Assembly (NCBI GenBank): GCA_016181965.1
Contig: JACOYH010000008.1
Span: forward strand, 1 to 46,169
Origin: Candidatus Nealsonbacteria bacterium
GTDB lineage: Bacteria; Patescibacteriota; Minisyncoccia; Minisyncoccales; MHMH01
DNA length: 46,169 bases
Direction: 5' to 3'
This document shows positions 35,471 through 43,548 of the stretch, one piece after another (position 1 is the stretch's first letter; each line of letters opens with the position of its first letter). The translations under genes were made by a program, and so were the position numbers. Below the pieces are notes generated by a model. It saw nothing but the letters and a program-made list of their open reading frames with translations, searched no databases and was not told where the DNA came from.

Positions 35471-36415
35471 ATGTCTCTCATTTTTGGGGTAAACTTATGT
35501 GATCGGATATATCTTTCTGCTGATACCAGATTGACCACTCAAACGGAGGGAGGGGATTATCAATATAAGGATAAGCTATTAAAGATTCAGGCGCTTTCAA
35601 GGAACATTATTGTTGCAGCAGCTGGCCACGCAAGTATGGCAGCGTATATTATTAGGGAATTACTTAAATTAGAATTGGTAAAACTTGATATAAGGACGGT
35701 GCGTAAAGAAATGAGCGACGTTATTAAGCCAATAGTCGATCAGTATTGGCAGAAATATGACGGAAACCACAAGGTTTGTTTTATATTTGGAGGATTGAAC
35801 CATTCTGACAAGAAAGATTTGAACTTTAAGAATGTCTACCAGAAAGTGAAGTTTTTTAATAAGGTAGACATGGATAGTTCATCAATGAACCTTAAGCCAG
35901 CACTTTTTAACGCCATGCTCAAAACGGAGGGAATACCACCTCGTTATCCAGAACCTTCTGATTCTCATATTTTTTCTATATTGATTACTCCGCCAAATGG
36001 CTTTAATGTTGAAGATGCAGGGTGGGGGGAATACCTTGCGTATGGGCCAAAAGGAATAAATAAAGATGCATTACCTGAGATAACTTTTGGTAAACTTGAA
36101 TTTGAAACACGTGCTCTGGATTTTGACAGAGGACATGATCATACAGTAATAGCAGGTTTTATGCGCATGGTTGTTGAAAAATATCAAGAAAACACTATAG
36201 GTGGTTCGGTATTAACAGTTGTTATGAGCGATCGGGTATCCGGCGTTATCACTGGAAGGGTTGGTATGATTGATCCGATAACAGGAAGAGACATTTTGGT
36301 TTCGGAGGTATATCAAGATAAAAATGGTAGACTCTATAGAAAAGACGAAACAGGCACAATCTATAAAATGGTTCACCTCGCAAATTATAAGGATTTTGGT
36401 TCACTTGAACTTTAA
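35471..36415 (+). CDS. Proteasome-beta/HslV-like Ntn-hydrolase-fold protein (candidate), with a large insertion
   Basis: MSLIFGVNLCDRIYLSADTRLT..YKDKLLKIQALSRNIIVAAAGHASMAAYIIRELLKLEL parallels TTIVGV..VVLAADTRAT..KI..AG..AD of proteasome beta/HslV. That places Ser2 at the Thr1 position, Asp at 17 and Lys near 33. Later segments FIFGGLN, HIFSILI and IGGSVLTVVM fit the fold's beta strands. Confidence 0.4.
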   Translation: MSLIFGVNLCDRIYLSADTRLTTQTEGGDYQYKDKLLKIQALSRNIIVAAAGHASMAAYIIRELLKLELVKLDIRTVRKEMSDVIKPIVDQYWQKYDGNHKVCFIFGGLNHSDKKDLNFKNVYQKVKFFNKVDMDSSSMNLKPALFNAMLKTEGIPPRYPEPSDSHIFSILITPPNGFNVEDAGWGEYLAYGPKGINKDALPEITFGKLEFETRALDFDRGHDHTVIAGFMRMVVEKYQENTIGGSVLTVVMSDRVSGVITGRVGMIDPITGRDILVSEVYQDKNGRLYRKDETGTIYKMVHLANYKDFGSLEL

Positions 36416-36429
36416 CGACTTACTAAATT

Positions 36430-36873
36430 ATGGATAAAGAATATACCGAAAAACAGTGGGAAGAAGAAATGCGCCTCAGTGTTTTTTGTGGGCACCATAC
36501 AGATTCATTTCATAATGGTTGTATTCTACAATGTCCCAAATGTGGAGAGGTGGGGTTTTATGGGCCCAGAATAGATCCGGATTCTAAGAAATATAGGGCA
36601 TGTAAGTTTTGTGGTTGGTGGCAGGAAGTACAAGGAGAGGAGGGTCGTAATATAAATAATGGAGAACCTTATCGTTGTAAACATTTTTGTTGTGATCAGT
36701 GTGGGGTATACGATTGGGGCATAACAGACAATCTCAGATTTTGTCCCAAGGGTCACGAGACGAAAAAAATAGATTGGGCTTCGGATGACCCTAACCACCA
36801 TTTCCATCAATTGAAAAAGGACATGGATCAAATACACCAAAACTTAAATCTTCCACGCATCGCTACTGAATAA
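36430..36873 (+). CDS. Cys-rich multi-zinc-ribbon protein
   Basis: CPKCG..CKFCG and CCDQCG..CPKGH pairs. Lies 14 nt downstream of the previous gene. Confidence 0.6.
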   Translation: MDKEYTEKQWEEEMRLSVFCGHHTDSFHNGCILQCPKCGEVGFYGPRIDPDSKKYRACKFCGWWQEVQGEEGRNINNGEPYRCKHFCCDQCGVYDWGITDNLRFCPKGHETKKIDWASDDPNHHFHQLKKDMDQIHQNLNLPRIATE

Positions 36874-36889
36874 TTCTATTAAGTATCAG

Positions 36890-37160
36890 TAAAACAGGTT
36901 CTAATATCGTCCAGTCCGCGGACGATGTAATTATTTGGTACCTGTTCTCCACTCCGGCCCTCATAAGCGGATACGAATTCTTCACAGATGACTGGAATTA
37001 GCGGGCACAGATCGCCGGCCGACCCGTATGTACTGTAGAAGTCGGACTTCTACGAATTCAGGTTTCGATTTTGAACCTCTTTGTCCAACCGTTCCAAATA
37101 ATGGGTTTACGACATCCCACAGTCCGCCTTGCGGCGGATGTGTGATGTCGGAAACCCTAG
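36890..37160 (-). ncRNA. Candidate structured non-coding RNA, class unknown
   Basis: A 335-bp gap between convergent genes, richer in GC than other intergenic DNA here. Nested stems 36893-36899/36940-36946 around the hairpin 36906-36926. Perfect 8-bp hairpin at 37035-37053. Long hairpin at 37110-37150 whose apex is a GCAA (GNRA) tetraloop only on the minus strand. Confidence 0.25.
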
Positions 37161-37162
37161 AA

Positions 37163-37189
37163 TGTGAGGGATGTTTAACATCCCTCACA
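37163..37189. repeat. Palindromic element, copy 1: TGTGAGGGATGTT t AACATCCCTCACA
   Basis: 13-bp arms, read directly. Lies downstream of the phosphatase-TspO gene, so probably a terminator stem. Confidence 0.8.
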
Positions 37190-37209
37190 CCCTTCACGGA
37201 GCTAATACA

Positions 37210-38181
37210 TTAGTTGAGAAGCCAGATGGCGAAGTTTAGATAAGCGGCGAAGGTTACCCAAAGAATATAAGGGACGAAAAGAATCCCCGCAACCGTTCTT
37301 ATCTTCCAGAATTTAACCATAGTTAGGAGAATAAGCAACCAGAGAATAATAATCACCAAAAAAGCCCAAAAAGGACTTCTAAGCCCAAAAAACACAATAG
37401 ACCACGAAGCATTCAATAAAAGCTGAATAAGATAAATACAAAGGGCAATTTTTATTCTTTTTCGCGCTTGTCCGTCCGTAGCTTTAGCGTAGGATGACCA
37501 TACTAGAAACGCGGCGATGCCCATTAAGGTGTAAAGAGTAACCCAAGCGGGCGCAAAAACCCAGCTGGGAGGGCTCAGGAGCGGCTTTGCAAGAAAAGCA
37601 TACCATGTTTGTATGCTGGAAGTTGTAAAAAACGAGCCGATGACCCCGGCCATTTGAGCGATGATAATGGAAGCGAATAAAGTAAAAATTGTTTTTGGCA
37701 TATTCATTTTGGGTACAAGCATTCTGCCGTAGAAATCACGGAGAGCCGAGCGCTGTGTTTCTTCAAGGTGTATAGTCGGCCGTTTTGACTTAATGAGGGC
37801 TTCGGCCTGTTGCGGAGTTTTTCCCAAACTGATGAGGTAAGCCGCCACTAAGGTGGGCGCCCTGCCGTGGCCGTGTTCGCAATGGACATATATTTTTCTA
37901 TTCATTGCAACAAGTTTTTTTATAGCCGACACGCCAAAATCAAGCTGATCTTGAGCTGGAGGCGCGTGGTCTCCCACCGGAATCCATACATAGAAATCAA
38001 CTCCGAACGGGGCGTCCAGACGCTCTTTTTCCAGCGAAATGTCCGCGGTTATGCCTTTTGCCGTTAGCTCTTCCTCAAAATGGCCTCGGCAGCATTGGTT
38101 GGTGCCGATGTAAATGCCGTCAATAATTTCGTTGTATTCAAATTTCGGAGTGAGGTGATGAGGTAATTTCTCAATGGGCAT
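37210..38181 (-). CDS. Dual-specificity (Cys-based) protein phosphatase fused to a TspO/MBR membrane domain
   Basis: CX5R P-loop VHCEHGHGRAPT in the N-terminal half. The C-terminal 5-TM region, WYAFLAKPLLSPPSWVFAPAWVTLYTLMG..LNASWSIVFFG..VPYILWVTFAAYLN, is typical of TspO. Start set at the ATG at 38181, 4 nt past the rhodanese stop. Confidence 0.75.
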   Translation of the reverse strand: MPIEKLPHHLTPKFEYNEIIDGIYIGTNQCCRGHFEEELTAKGITADISLEKERLDAPFGVDFYVWIPVGDHAPPAQDQLDFGVSAIKKLVAMNRKIYVHCEHGHGRAPTLVAAYLISLGKTPQQAEALIKSKRPTIHLEETQRSALRDFYGRMLVPKMNMPKTIFTLFASIIIAQMAGVIGSFFTTSSIQTWYAFLAKPLLSPPSWVFAPAWVTLYTLMGIAAFLVWSSYAKATDGQARKRIKIALCIYLIQLLLNASWSIVFFGLRSPFWAFLVIIILWLLILLTMVKFWKIRTVAGILFVPYILWVTFAAYLNFAIWLLN

Positions 38182-38185
38182 ATCT

Positions 38186-38527
38186 CTAAGCCGCTTCTCC
38201 TTCAAACTTATATCCGGCGTTTTGCCAGCCGGCAAGGCCGTCTTTGTAGTGCGTTACATTTGTGTATCCGGCTTCTTCAAGAATGTTGGCCGCCTCCGCG
38301 CTAGCCATGCAATGCTCTGACGAACAGTAAACGATTATTTCGGCATCTTTAGGTGCTCCAATTTTCTTTTCAAATTCCCGGAGAAAGCCGGGCTCGTTGG
38401 GAACATTTTTTGCTCCCGGAATATGCCGGGCCTGGTAACTATTAACCAATAAGACATCAACAAGATAGAAATCACCCCCTTGATCGATTTTCTTTTTCAA
38501 TTCCCCGGTTGTAATAACTTTTACCAT
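38186..38527 (-). CDS. Single-domain rhodanese-like sulfurtransferase
   Basis: LVDVL..YQARHIPGAKNVP and the active-site loop IIVYCSSEHCMAS. Confidence 0.75.
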   Translation of the reverse strand: MVKVITTGELKKKIDQGGDFYLVDVLLVNSYQARHIPGAKNVPNEPGFLREFEKKIGAPKDAEIIVYCSSEHCMASAEAANILEEAGYTNVTHYKDGLAGWQNAGYKFEGEAA

Positions 38528-38578
38528 AGCATTATTTAACGTAAATTAAATTGAAAATTTTAATAGACCTTTATGTCT

Positions 38579-38587
38579 ATTATAGCA
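38579..38587 (-). promoter_or_regulatory. Extended -10 promoter element (TGcTATAAT) upstream of the rhodanese gene
   Basis: Minus strand TGC TATAAT. Overlapped by the inverted repeat AATAGAC/GTCTATT (38562-38581). The perfect palindrome ACACCGGTGT sits at 38613-38622. Confidence 0.35.
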
Positions 38588-38660
38588 GAAAATAGTTTCA
38601 GCATCATTAATCACACCGGTGTCACCGATGTATTTTGCGCGGGCGAGACGATATTTACAT

Positions 38661-38691
38661 AAAAAAGGCGATGCGCTAAGTTCGCATCGCC
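38661..38691 (-). terminator. Rho-independent terminator after the MBL gene
   Basis: Minus strand: GGCGATGCG, a 7-nt loop, CGCATCGCC, then TTTTTT. Confidence 0.7.
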
Positions 38692-38701
38692 TGTATTCTT
38701 G

Positions 38702-39556
38702 TTAGTTAAATATGTATCTGACTCCTTCTTCGGCCCAACCGCGAAATCCGCTGATATCCTGGCTGGCCCACTGATCCGGGTAATGCATCAGCAGGGTCTT
38801 TGCCTCCAATTCGGCCGGAAGAGTTTTTAGTTCTTCGAGGGAGGCATGGACGCCGCCTGTAAAGAACTGGACGTCGTGAAAAATAACTTCCGCTCCGGGT
38901 CCGTAGAACTTAATAAGCTCTGGATCAAATTGAGTATCGCCCGATACCAACACCCTGGCATCGATTAACAAACCGTAACTGACAAAAGATGCCTGCCACC
39001 CAGCCGCTTGTTCGGGCATGTGGTTTGTCCGGAACAACTCCAGATTGATACCGCCAAAGTTTATATGGAATATCTCCCGTGGCTGATGTGTTTTCCAGCG
39101 AGGCGTCACCGTATCGAAGTAATCGCCTAGCGTCAAGGTGGTATGAGTTCTGGATATTTCTTCGTTGCGCGCCAAGCCGCCTCTCAATGTTTCGTCCCAC
39201 AATATGCGCGCGTACTCTCCGGGCGTAATCATGATCAGCTTCGGCTTTCCTTGCCGCTGGCCGACATAGCGATTCATCAGGGCCAGGCACTCAATACCGC
39301 CGACATGATCGGCATGCGAGTGAGTCGGTAAAACTGTTTTGATGTCGGTTGGCTCTAAGCCAGCGTTGCTTCTTAGGGCTTCCGGGCCCGTCATGCCGAA
39401 ATCCACCATAATATGAGTATCGCCCTTGATGATGAGAAAGTTTGTCTGGCGATGCTGCGAGGCAAAGGCCGAGCCCACCCCCAAAAAAAATAGTTCCAAC
39501 TTGCCGTCATTAGTAAGACATAGTGGCTTTACGCACGATTTCGTGGCATAGCTCAT
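38702..39556 (-). CDS. MBL-fold metallo-hydrolase
   Basis: HSHADHVGG (HxHxDH). Strong Shine-Dalgarno AGGAGG at 39562-39567. Confidence 0.8.
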   Translation of the reverse strand: MSYATKSCVKPLCLTNDGKLELFFLGVGSAFASQHRQTNFLIIKGDTHIMVDFGMTGPEALRSNAGLEPTDIKTVLPTHSHADHVGGIECLALMNRYVGQRQGKPKLIMITPGEYARILWDETLRGGLARNEEISRTHTTLTLGDYFDTVTPRWKTHQPREIFHINFGGINLELFRTNHMPEQAAGWQASFVSYGLLIDARVLVSGDTQFDPELIKFYGPGAEVIFHDVQFFTGGVHASLEELKTLPAELEAKTLLMHYPDQWASQDISGFRGWAEEGVRYIFN

Positions 39557-39591
39557 GGTTTCCTCCTTTTGTCTTTGGTAAGAACTAAATA

Positions 39592-39620
39592 ATATTAAAA
39601 GATTTTAATCAAAAAGTCAA
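39592..39620 (-). promoter_or_regulatory. Sigma70-like promoter of the MBL gene
   Basis: Minus strand: TTGACT (39620-39615), a 17-nt spacer, then TAATAT (39597-39592). Confidence 0.5.
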
Positions 39621-39629
39621 GAACAAACA

Positions 39630-39652
39630 TGAGGGATGTTGAACATCCCTCA
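39630..39652. repeat. Palindromic element, copy 2: TGAGGGATGTT g AACATCCCTCA
   Basis: Same arms as the copy at 37163-37189. On the minus strand it is followed by T-rich sequence, consistent with a terminator for the 39674-40045 gene. Confidence 0.8.
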
Positions 39653-39673
39653 CATACCTCAGCGCTATGTGAG

Positions 39674-40045
39674 CTAGCCCTTGGTGGTTAGGAGAAAGAT
39701 ACCAAAGACAATCACAGCAATTCCGGCAATCTGCAAAATCGACAAGCTTTCCTTAAAGAGAACCCACGCGAGAAGCGATATCAGGATGACTCCCGAACTC
39801 GTAACAATAGGGTAAACCACGTTGAGCTGGAGTTTTGATATGACAAAAAGATAGACCAAGAAGCTTATGCCGAATAAAAACATTCCCACGAGAAGCCATG
39901 GGCTTTGCAAAATACGAGGGATGAGATTAAAGACGCCGGAAATGGAAAAATCCAACTGTCCCAGTTCGCTAACGCCTTTCTTGAATAGTATTTGGGCAGT
40001 GGCTGCTGTTAAAATTGGAATTAATATAATGAGAAATGGCGACAT
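39674..40045 (-). CDS. Small 4-TM DMT/SMR-type (EamA-like, ArnE/F-like) membrane protein
   Basis: 123 aa with four hydrophobic helices. Immediately downstream of a GT2 gene. Confidence 0.55.
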   Translation of the reverse strand: MSPFLIILIPILTAATAQILFKKGVSELGQLDFSISGVFNLIPRILQSPWLLVGMFLFGISFLVYLFVISKLQLNVVYPIVTSSGVILISLLAWVLFKESLSILQIAGIAVIVFGIFLLTTKG

Positions 40046-40056
40046 GGCTATTTTAA

Positions 40057-40713
40057 TTAATAATTAAATATAGATAAAAATATTTTTGAGCCGTGTTTGA
40101 AAGCGCTGACCTTGGCTTTGCCGCCGGCTCTTTTCCTTTCAAGCGACGGAACTTGGGTAATCTTAAAACCGGCCTTATGCGCTTTGATGGGCAGTTCAAT
40201 GCAATATTCAAAACCTTCGGCCGTGGTCTCAACCCTATCAAACACTTCTTTTTTTGCAGCCAAATAAAAATAAAGAATATCGCTGAAATGCGCGCCATGA
40301 ACCAAATTGGCAACAAAAGTAATGACTCGATTGCCGATATAATGGACAAAAGTATCTTCCTCGCTGCCGCCGCCTTTCATATATCGCGAAGCCATTACCA
40401 TATCATAGCCCTCTTCTATTTTTTTTAAAAACTTAGGAATGTCGGCTGCGTCATGAGAATAATCAGAATTAATAAACACCACTATATCGCCAGTAGCTTT
40501 TTTGGCGCCGGTGGCGAAAGCCGCCCCAAAGCCATTACCCTCCTCGGTGTAAACAGGGTAACCCAAACTTTTGACCAATTCTACAGTGCCGTCAGTGGAA
40601 CGGCCGTCAACAACCAAGACCTCGTCCACTATGTCTTTCGGCAAGGAATCCAGCACCATTTTAATGGTGCTGACTTCGTTGAGGGTTGGGATTACCACTG
40701 ATACTTTTGGCAT
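40057..40713 (-). CDS. GT2 glycosyltransferase (DPM1-like, soluble)
   Basis: VSVVIPTLNE..VVDGRSTDGT..INSDYSHD. Confidence 0.85.
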   Translation of the reverse strand: MPKVSVVIPTLNEVSTIKMVLDSLPKDIVDEVLVVDGRSTDGTVELVKSLGYPVYTEEGNGFGAAFATGAKKATGDIVVFINSDYSHDAADIPKFLKKIEEGYDMVMASRYMKGGGSEEDTFVHYIGNRVITFVANLVHGAHFSDILYFYLAAKKEVFDRVETTAEGFEYCIELPIKAHKAGFKITQVPSLERKRAGGKAKVSAFKHGSKIFLSIFNY

Positions 40714-40714
40714 T

Positions 40715-41578
40715 TTATTTCTCTTTTTTTAAAAATAGATTTACAGATTCTTGGCCGACGCTATCGATAGAGGTTAATTTTTCACGATCTTCATCAATGA
40801 GATAAATTGAAAATCCATAATTCTTTATCTCACGCAAAAATTCATCTGGAGAAGCATTGCACATCCTTAAAAATGCGGGGCAAAACTCCATCATAATAGA
40901 AAGGCGGGGATTATTCTCAATAATCTTCCTCATGCCGGAAAATACGAGCCGCTCGGCGCCCTGAACGTCTATCTTTATTATATCAACACGCGGGGAATTT
41001 TTAAAGAAATCATCTAAAGAAGTCGCGTTAACATCTATTTTATTCCGGCTCTTGTCTGATTTGTAAATCCGGTGGTCTCCCCTATTTTCCTCGCATAAAA
41101 AAAGCTGTATTTTTCCGGTTTTGTCGGTAACCGCCCAGTCGGATGTTTCAACATTATTGCATTGATTTGCCGAAACATTTTTACAAAGAAGCCGGAAGTT
41201 TTCGGGATCCGGCTCAAAGGCGAAGACCTTTCCCTGATCGCCTATTAATTTGGAAGCCATTGCGGTATACCACCCGATATTCGCCCCCACATCTACGACA
41301 ACCATGCCGGGCTCAATAATTGATTGAAAAAACTTATTCTCGAAATCCTCAACGAAAGAAAATTTCTTCAAAATCAAGACAATGATTCTATCAAGCGTGC
41401 TGGCGTATAGTGTCTGGCCATGCAAGCGAATCCGCACGTCTCTGCCGGGCCTCAAGCAACGATTCAAAAAACGGAGAACGCGCTTGATGACAGCGTTCTC
41501 GCATATAAAAATAGTAAAATTTGATATCGTCTGCCTGAAATGCAAGGAGTTAGGTTTTGTTTTGCAAAAACCAGTCAA
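40715..41578 (-). CDS. FkbM-family methyltransferase
   Basis: [33 protein letters not shown]. The true start is uncertain because the track start overlaps the fcl 3' end by 29 nt. Confidence 0.75.
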   Translation of the reverse strand: MTGFCKTKPNSLHFRQTISNFTIFICENAVIKRVLRFLNRCLRPGRDVRIRLHGQTLYASTLDRIIVLILKKFSFVEDFENKFFQSIIEPGMVVVDVGANIGWYTAMASKLIGDQGKVFAFEPDPENFRLLCKNVSANQCNNVETSDWAVTDKTGKIQLFLCEENRGDHRIYKSDKSRNKIDVNATSLDDFFKNSPRVDIIKIDVQGAERLVFSGMRKIIENNPRLSIMMEFCPAFLRMCNASPDEFLREIKNYGFSIYLIDEDREKLTSIDSVGQESVNLFLKKEK

Positions 41579-42428
41579 TTGTATTCTTTAATCCGTCTTC
41601 AATAAGGGTCTGGGCAACGAATCCAAATTCATCTCTGGCTCGTGAGACATCAAGTTGTCGCCTTGGCTGGCCGTCCGGTTTTTCGGCATCCCAGCGAATT
41701 TCTCCATTAAAATCCATTTGCCGGCAAAGCATTTCGGCCAAATCCTTAATTGAAATTTCGTTAGCCGAACCAATATTCACTGGTTCCGGCTTATCGTATT
41801 TTTCTGCCGCCAAAATAATGCCTTCGGCTCCGTCTTCAACATACAAAAATTCTCGAGTCGGCTCGCCCGTGCCCCACGCTTCTATATAATTTCTGCCGTC
41901 TCTTTTCGCCTCGTGAATTTTTTTTATCAAGGCGGCGATGACATGCGAAGAGGACGAGTCAAAATTATCGCCGGGCCCGTACATATTAACGGGCAAAAGA
42001 AAAATGGCGTTAAAGCCATACTGCTGGCGATAGGCCTGCGCCTGAACCAGCATCATTTTTTTCGCCAAGCCGTAGGGCGCATTGGTCTCTTCGGGATAAC
42101 CTTGCCAAAGATTTTCTTCGTTAAAGGGTACGGGAGTAAATTTTGGATACGCGCAGACAGTGCCAACGGCCACAAACTTTTGCACGCCCGCCTGCCTCGC
42201 CGCTTCCATAAGCTGCGTCCCCATTATTATATTATCATAAAAAAGCTCTCCGGGCTTTTCTTGGTTCAGGCCTATGCCCCCGACTTTAGCAGCCAAGTGA
42301 ATAACAATGTCCTGCCCCTTAACCGCTTGCTGGCAATTTTCCCATTTTCTTAAATCCAGTTCCTGCGCGGCAGGCAAAAATAAATTCTCCTTGGGCACGC
42401 CCCTCTTTTCCAAAAGATTTCTAACCAA
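41550..42428 (-). CDS. fcl: GDP-L-fucose synthase (GDP-4-keto-6-deoxymannose 3,5-epimerase/4-reductase) lacking the N-terminal Rossmann glycine motif
   Basis: [29 protein letters not shown] and [21 protein letters not shown] align with E. coli Fcl from about residue 19 on. The only start candidate is a TTG, and there is an in-frame TGA 22 codons upstream. Confidence 0.7.
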   Translation of the reverse strand: MVRNLLEKRGVPKENLFLPAAQELDLRKWENCQQAVKGQDIVIHLAAKVGGIGLNQEKPGELFYDNIIMGTQLMEAARQAGVQKFVAVGTVCAYPKFTPVPFNEENLWQGYPEETNAPYGLAKKMMLVQAQAYRQQYGFNAIFLLPVNMYGPGDNFDSSSSHVIAALIKKIHEAKRDGRNYIEAWGTGEPTREFLYVEDGAEGIILAAEKYDKPEPVNIGSANEISIKDLAEMLCRQMDFNGEIRWDAEKPDGQPRRQLDVSRARDEFGFVAQTLIEDGLKNTIDWFLQNKT

Positions 42429-43474
42429 AGTTCCTTTATGAACGCATCGCCCTCGCCGGGCGCTTCGAGACCCAGATTCCTGAAATCAGAATCAATCATT
42501 ATTCTGACCAGCTCTCTGAATTTAATTTTCGGCTCCCAGCCCAACTTCTCCTTGGCCTTTGCGATATTGCCCTGCAGTATATCCACTTCGGTAGGCCGAA
42601 AATAACGGTCGGCAACTTCCACATACTGACTCCAATCGCCCATACCGGCATATTGAAATGCTTCTTCTAGGAAATCTTTTATAGAATGGCTCTCCCCCGT
42701 GGCAATAACAAAATCATCGGGCCGCTCGTGCTGCAATATCTTCCACATCGACTCAACATACTCTGGGGCAAAACCCCAGTCCCTCTGAGCGTCAAGATTT
42801 CCCAAATATATTTTCTTGTCCAAGCCCGCCTTTATTCTGGCAATGGCTCTGGTAATTTTTTTGGTAACAAATGTTTCGCCTCTTCGGTAGCTTTCGTGAT
42901 TAAAAAGAATGCCGTTTGAAGCGAAGACGCCGTAGGCCTCTCTATAGTTTTTGACGATCCAGTGGGCGTAAAGTTTGGCCACGGCATAAGGACTCCGGGG
43001 ATAAAAAGGGGTTGTTTCCGACTGGGGAATTTCCTGCGCCTTGCCGAAAAGCTCGGAAGTTGATGCCTGATAAAATTTAATTTTATCGCTAAGTCCAAGC
43101 AAACGTATCGCTTCCAGCAAGCGCAACGTGCCCAAAGCATCGGCATTAGATGTGTATTCTGGCGCGTCAAAAGATACCCTAACGTGCGATTGAGCCGCCA
43201 AATGGTATATTTCGTCGGGCTTTATCTTCTGCACTAAATCAATCAAGCTGGTGGCGTCGCTGGTGTCGCCGTAATGAAAAAAGAATCTGCCAGCCCGGGT
43301 TTTCTCCTCTTCGTCAATAAGATGGCTGATTCTACTTGTATTAAAAGTACTGGCCCTTCTGATGATGCCGTGAACTTCGTAACCCTTAGACAATAAAAAC
43401 TCGGCCAAATATGAGCCGTCTTGCCCGGAAATACCGGTAATGAGGGCTTTTTTCGCTGCATTTTCCATACACAT
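42350..43474 (-). CDS. gmd: GDP-mannose 4,6-dehydratase
   Basis: [52 protein letters not shown]. The last 25-30 codons overlap fcl out of frame and look non-homologous. Confidence 0.9.
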   Translation of the reverse strand: MCMENAAKKALITGISGQDGSYLAEFLLSKGYEVHGIIRRASTFNTSRISHLIDEEEKTRAGRFFFHYGDTSDATSLIDLVQKIKPDEIYHLAAQSHVRVSFDAPEYTSNADALGTLRLLEAIRLLGLSDKIKFYQASTSELFGKAQEIPQSETTPFYPRSPYAVAKLYAHWIVKNYREAYGVFASNGILFNHESYRRGETFVTKKITRAIARIKAGLDKKIYLGNLDAQRDWGFAPEYVESMWKILQHERPDDFVIATGESHSIKDFLEEAFQYAGMGDWSQYVEVADRYFRPTEVDILQGNIAKAKEKLGWEPKIKFRELVRIMIDSDFRNLGLEAPGEGDAFIKELWLEIFWKRGACPRRIYFCLPRRNWI

Positions 43475-43508
43475 TTTCTACCAGATTTCCCGAGATTATT
43501 CAACTGGC

Positions 43509-43542
43509 AAAAAGAATGTGCACCTTGTTGAGATGCACATTT
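43509..43542 (-). terminator. Rho-independent terminator after the deacetylase gene
   Basis: Minus strand: AATGTGCA, an 11-nt loop, TGCACATT(C), then TTTTT. Confidence 0.6.
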
Positions 43543-43548
43543 CTAATT

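Noticed and set aside
37060-37078. tRNA T-arm-like sequence AGGTT-TCGATTTTG-AACCT
   Set aside because: The loop is 9 nt rather than the 7-nt TTCRANY loop. No acceptor, D or anticodon arms can be built around it, and no CCA-adjacent stem exists. The same region lacks the tmRNA termini and the RNase P CR-I/CR-V strings.
36982-37213. Two overlapping ORFs of 61-71 aa on opposite strands in the convergent gap
   Set aside because: Neither has a ribosome-binding site or a protein-like composition. The region is better explained by the RNA-type hairpins.
40053-40349. 98-aa minus-strand ORF overlapping the GT2 gene
   Set aside because: It is an alternative frame of the 40057-40713 GT2 gene. Its translation is basic and low-complexity, and the GT2 frame carries the motifs.
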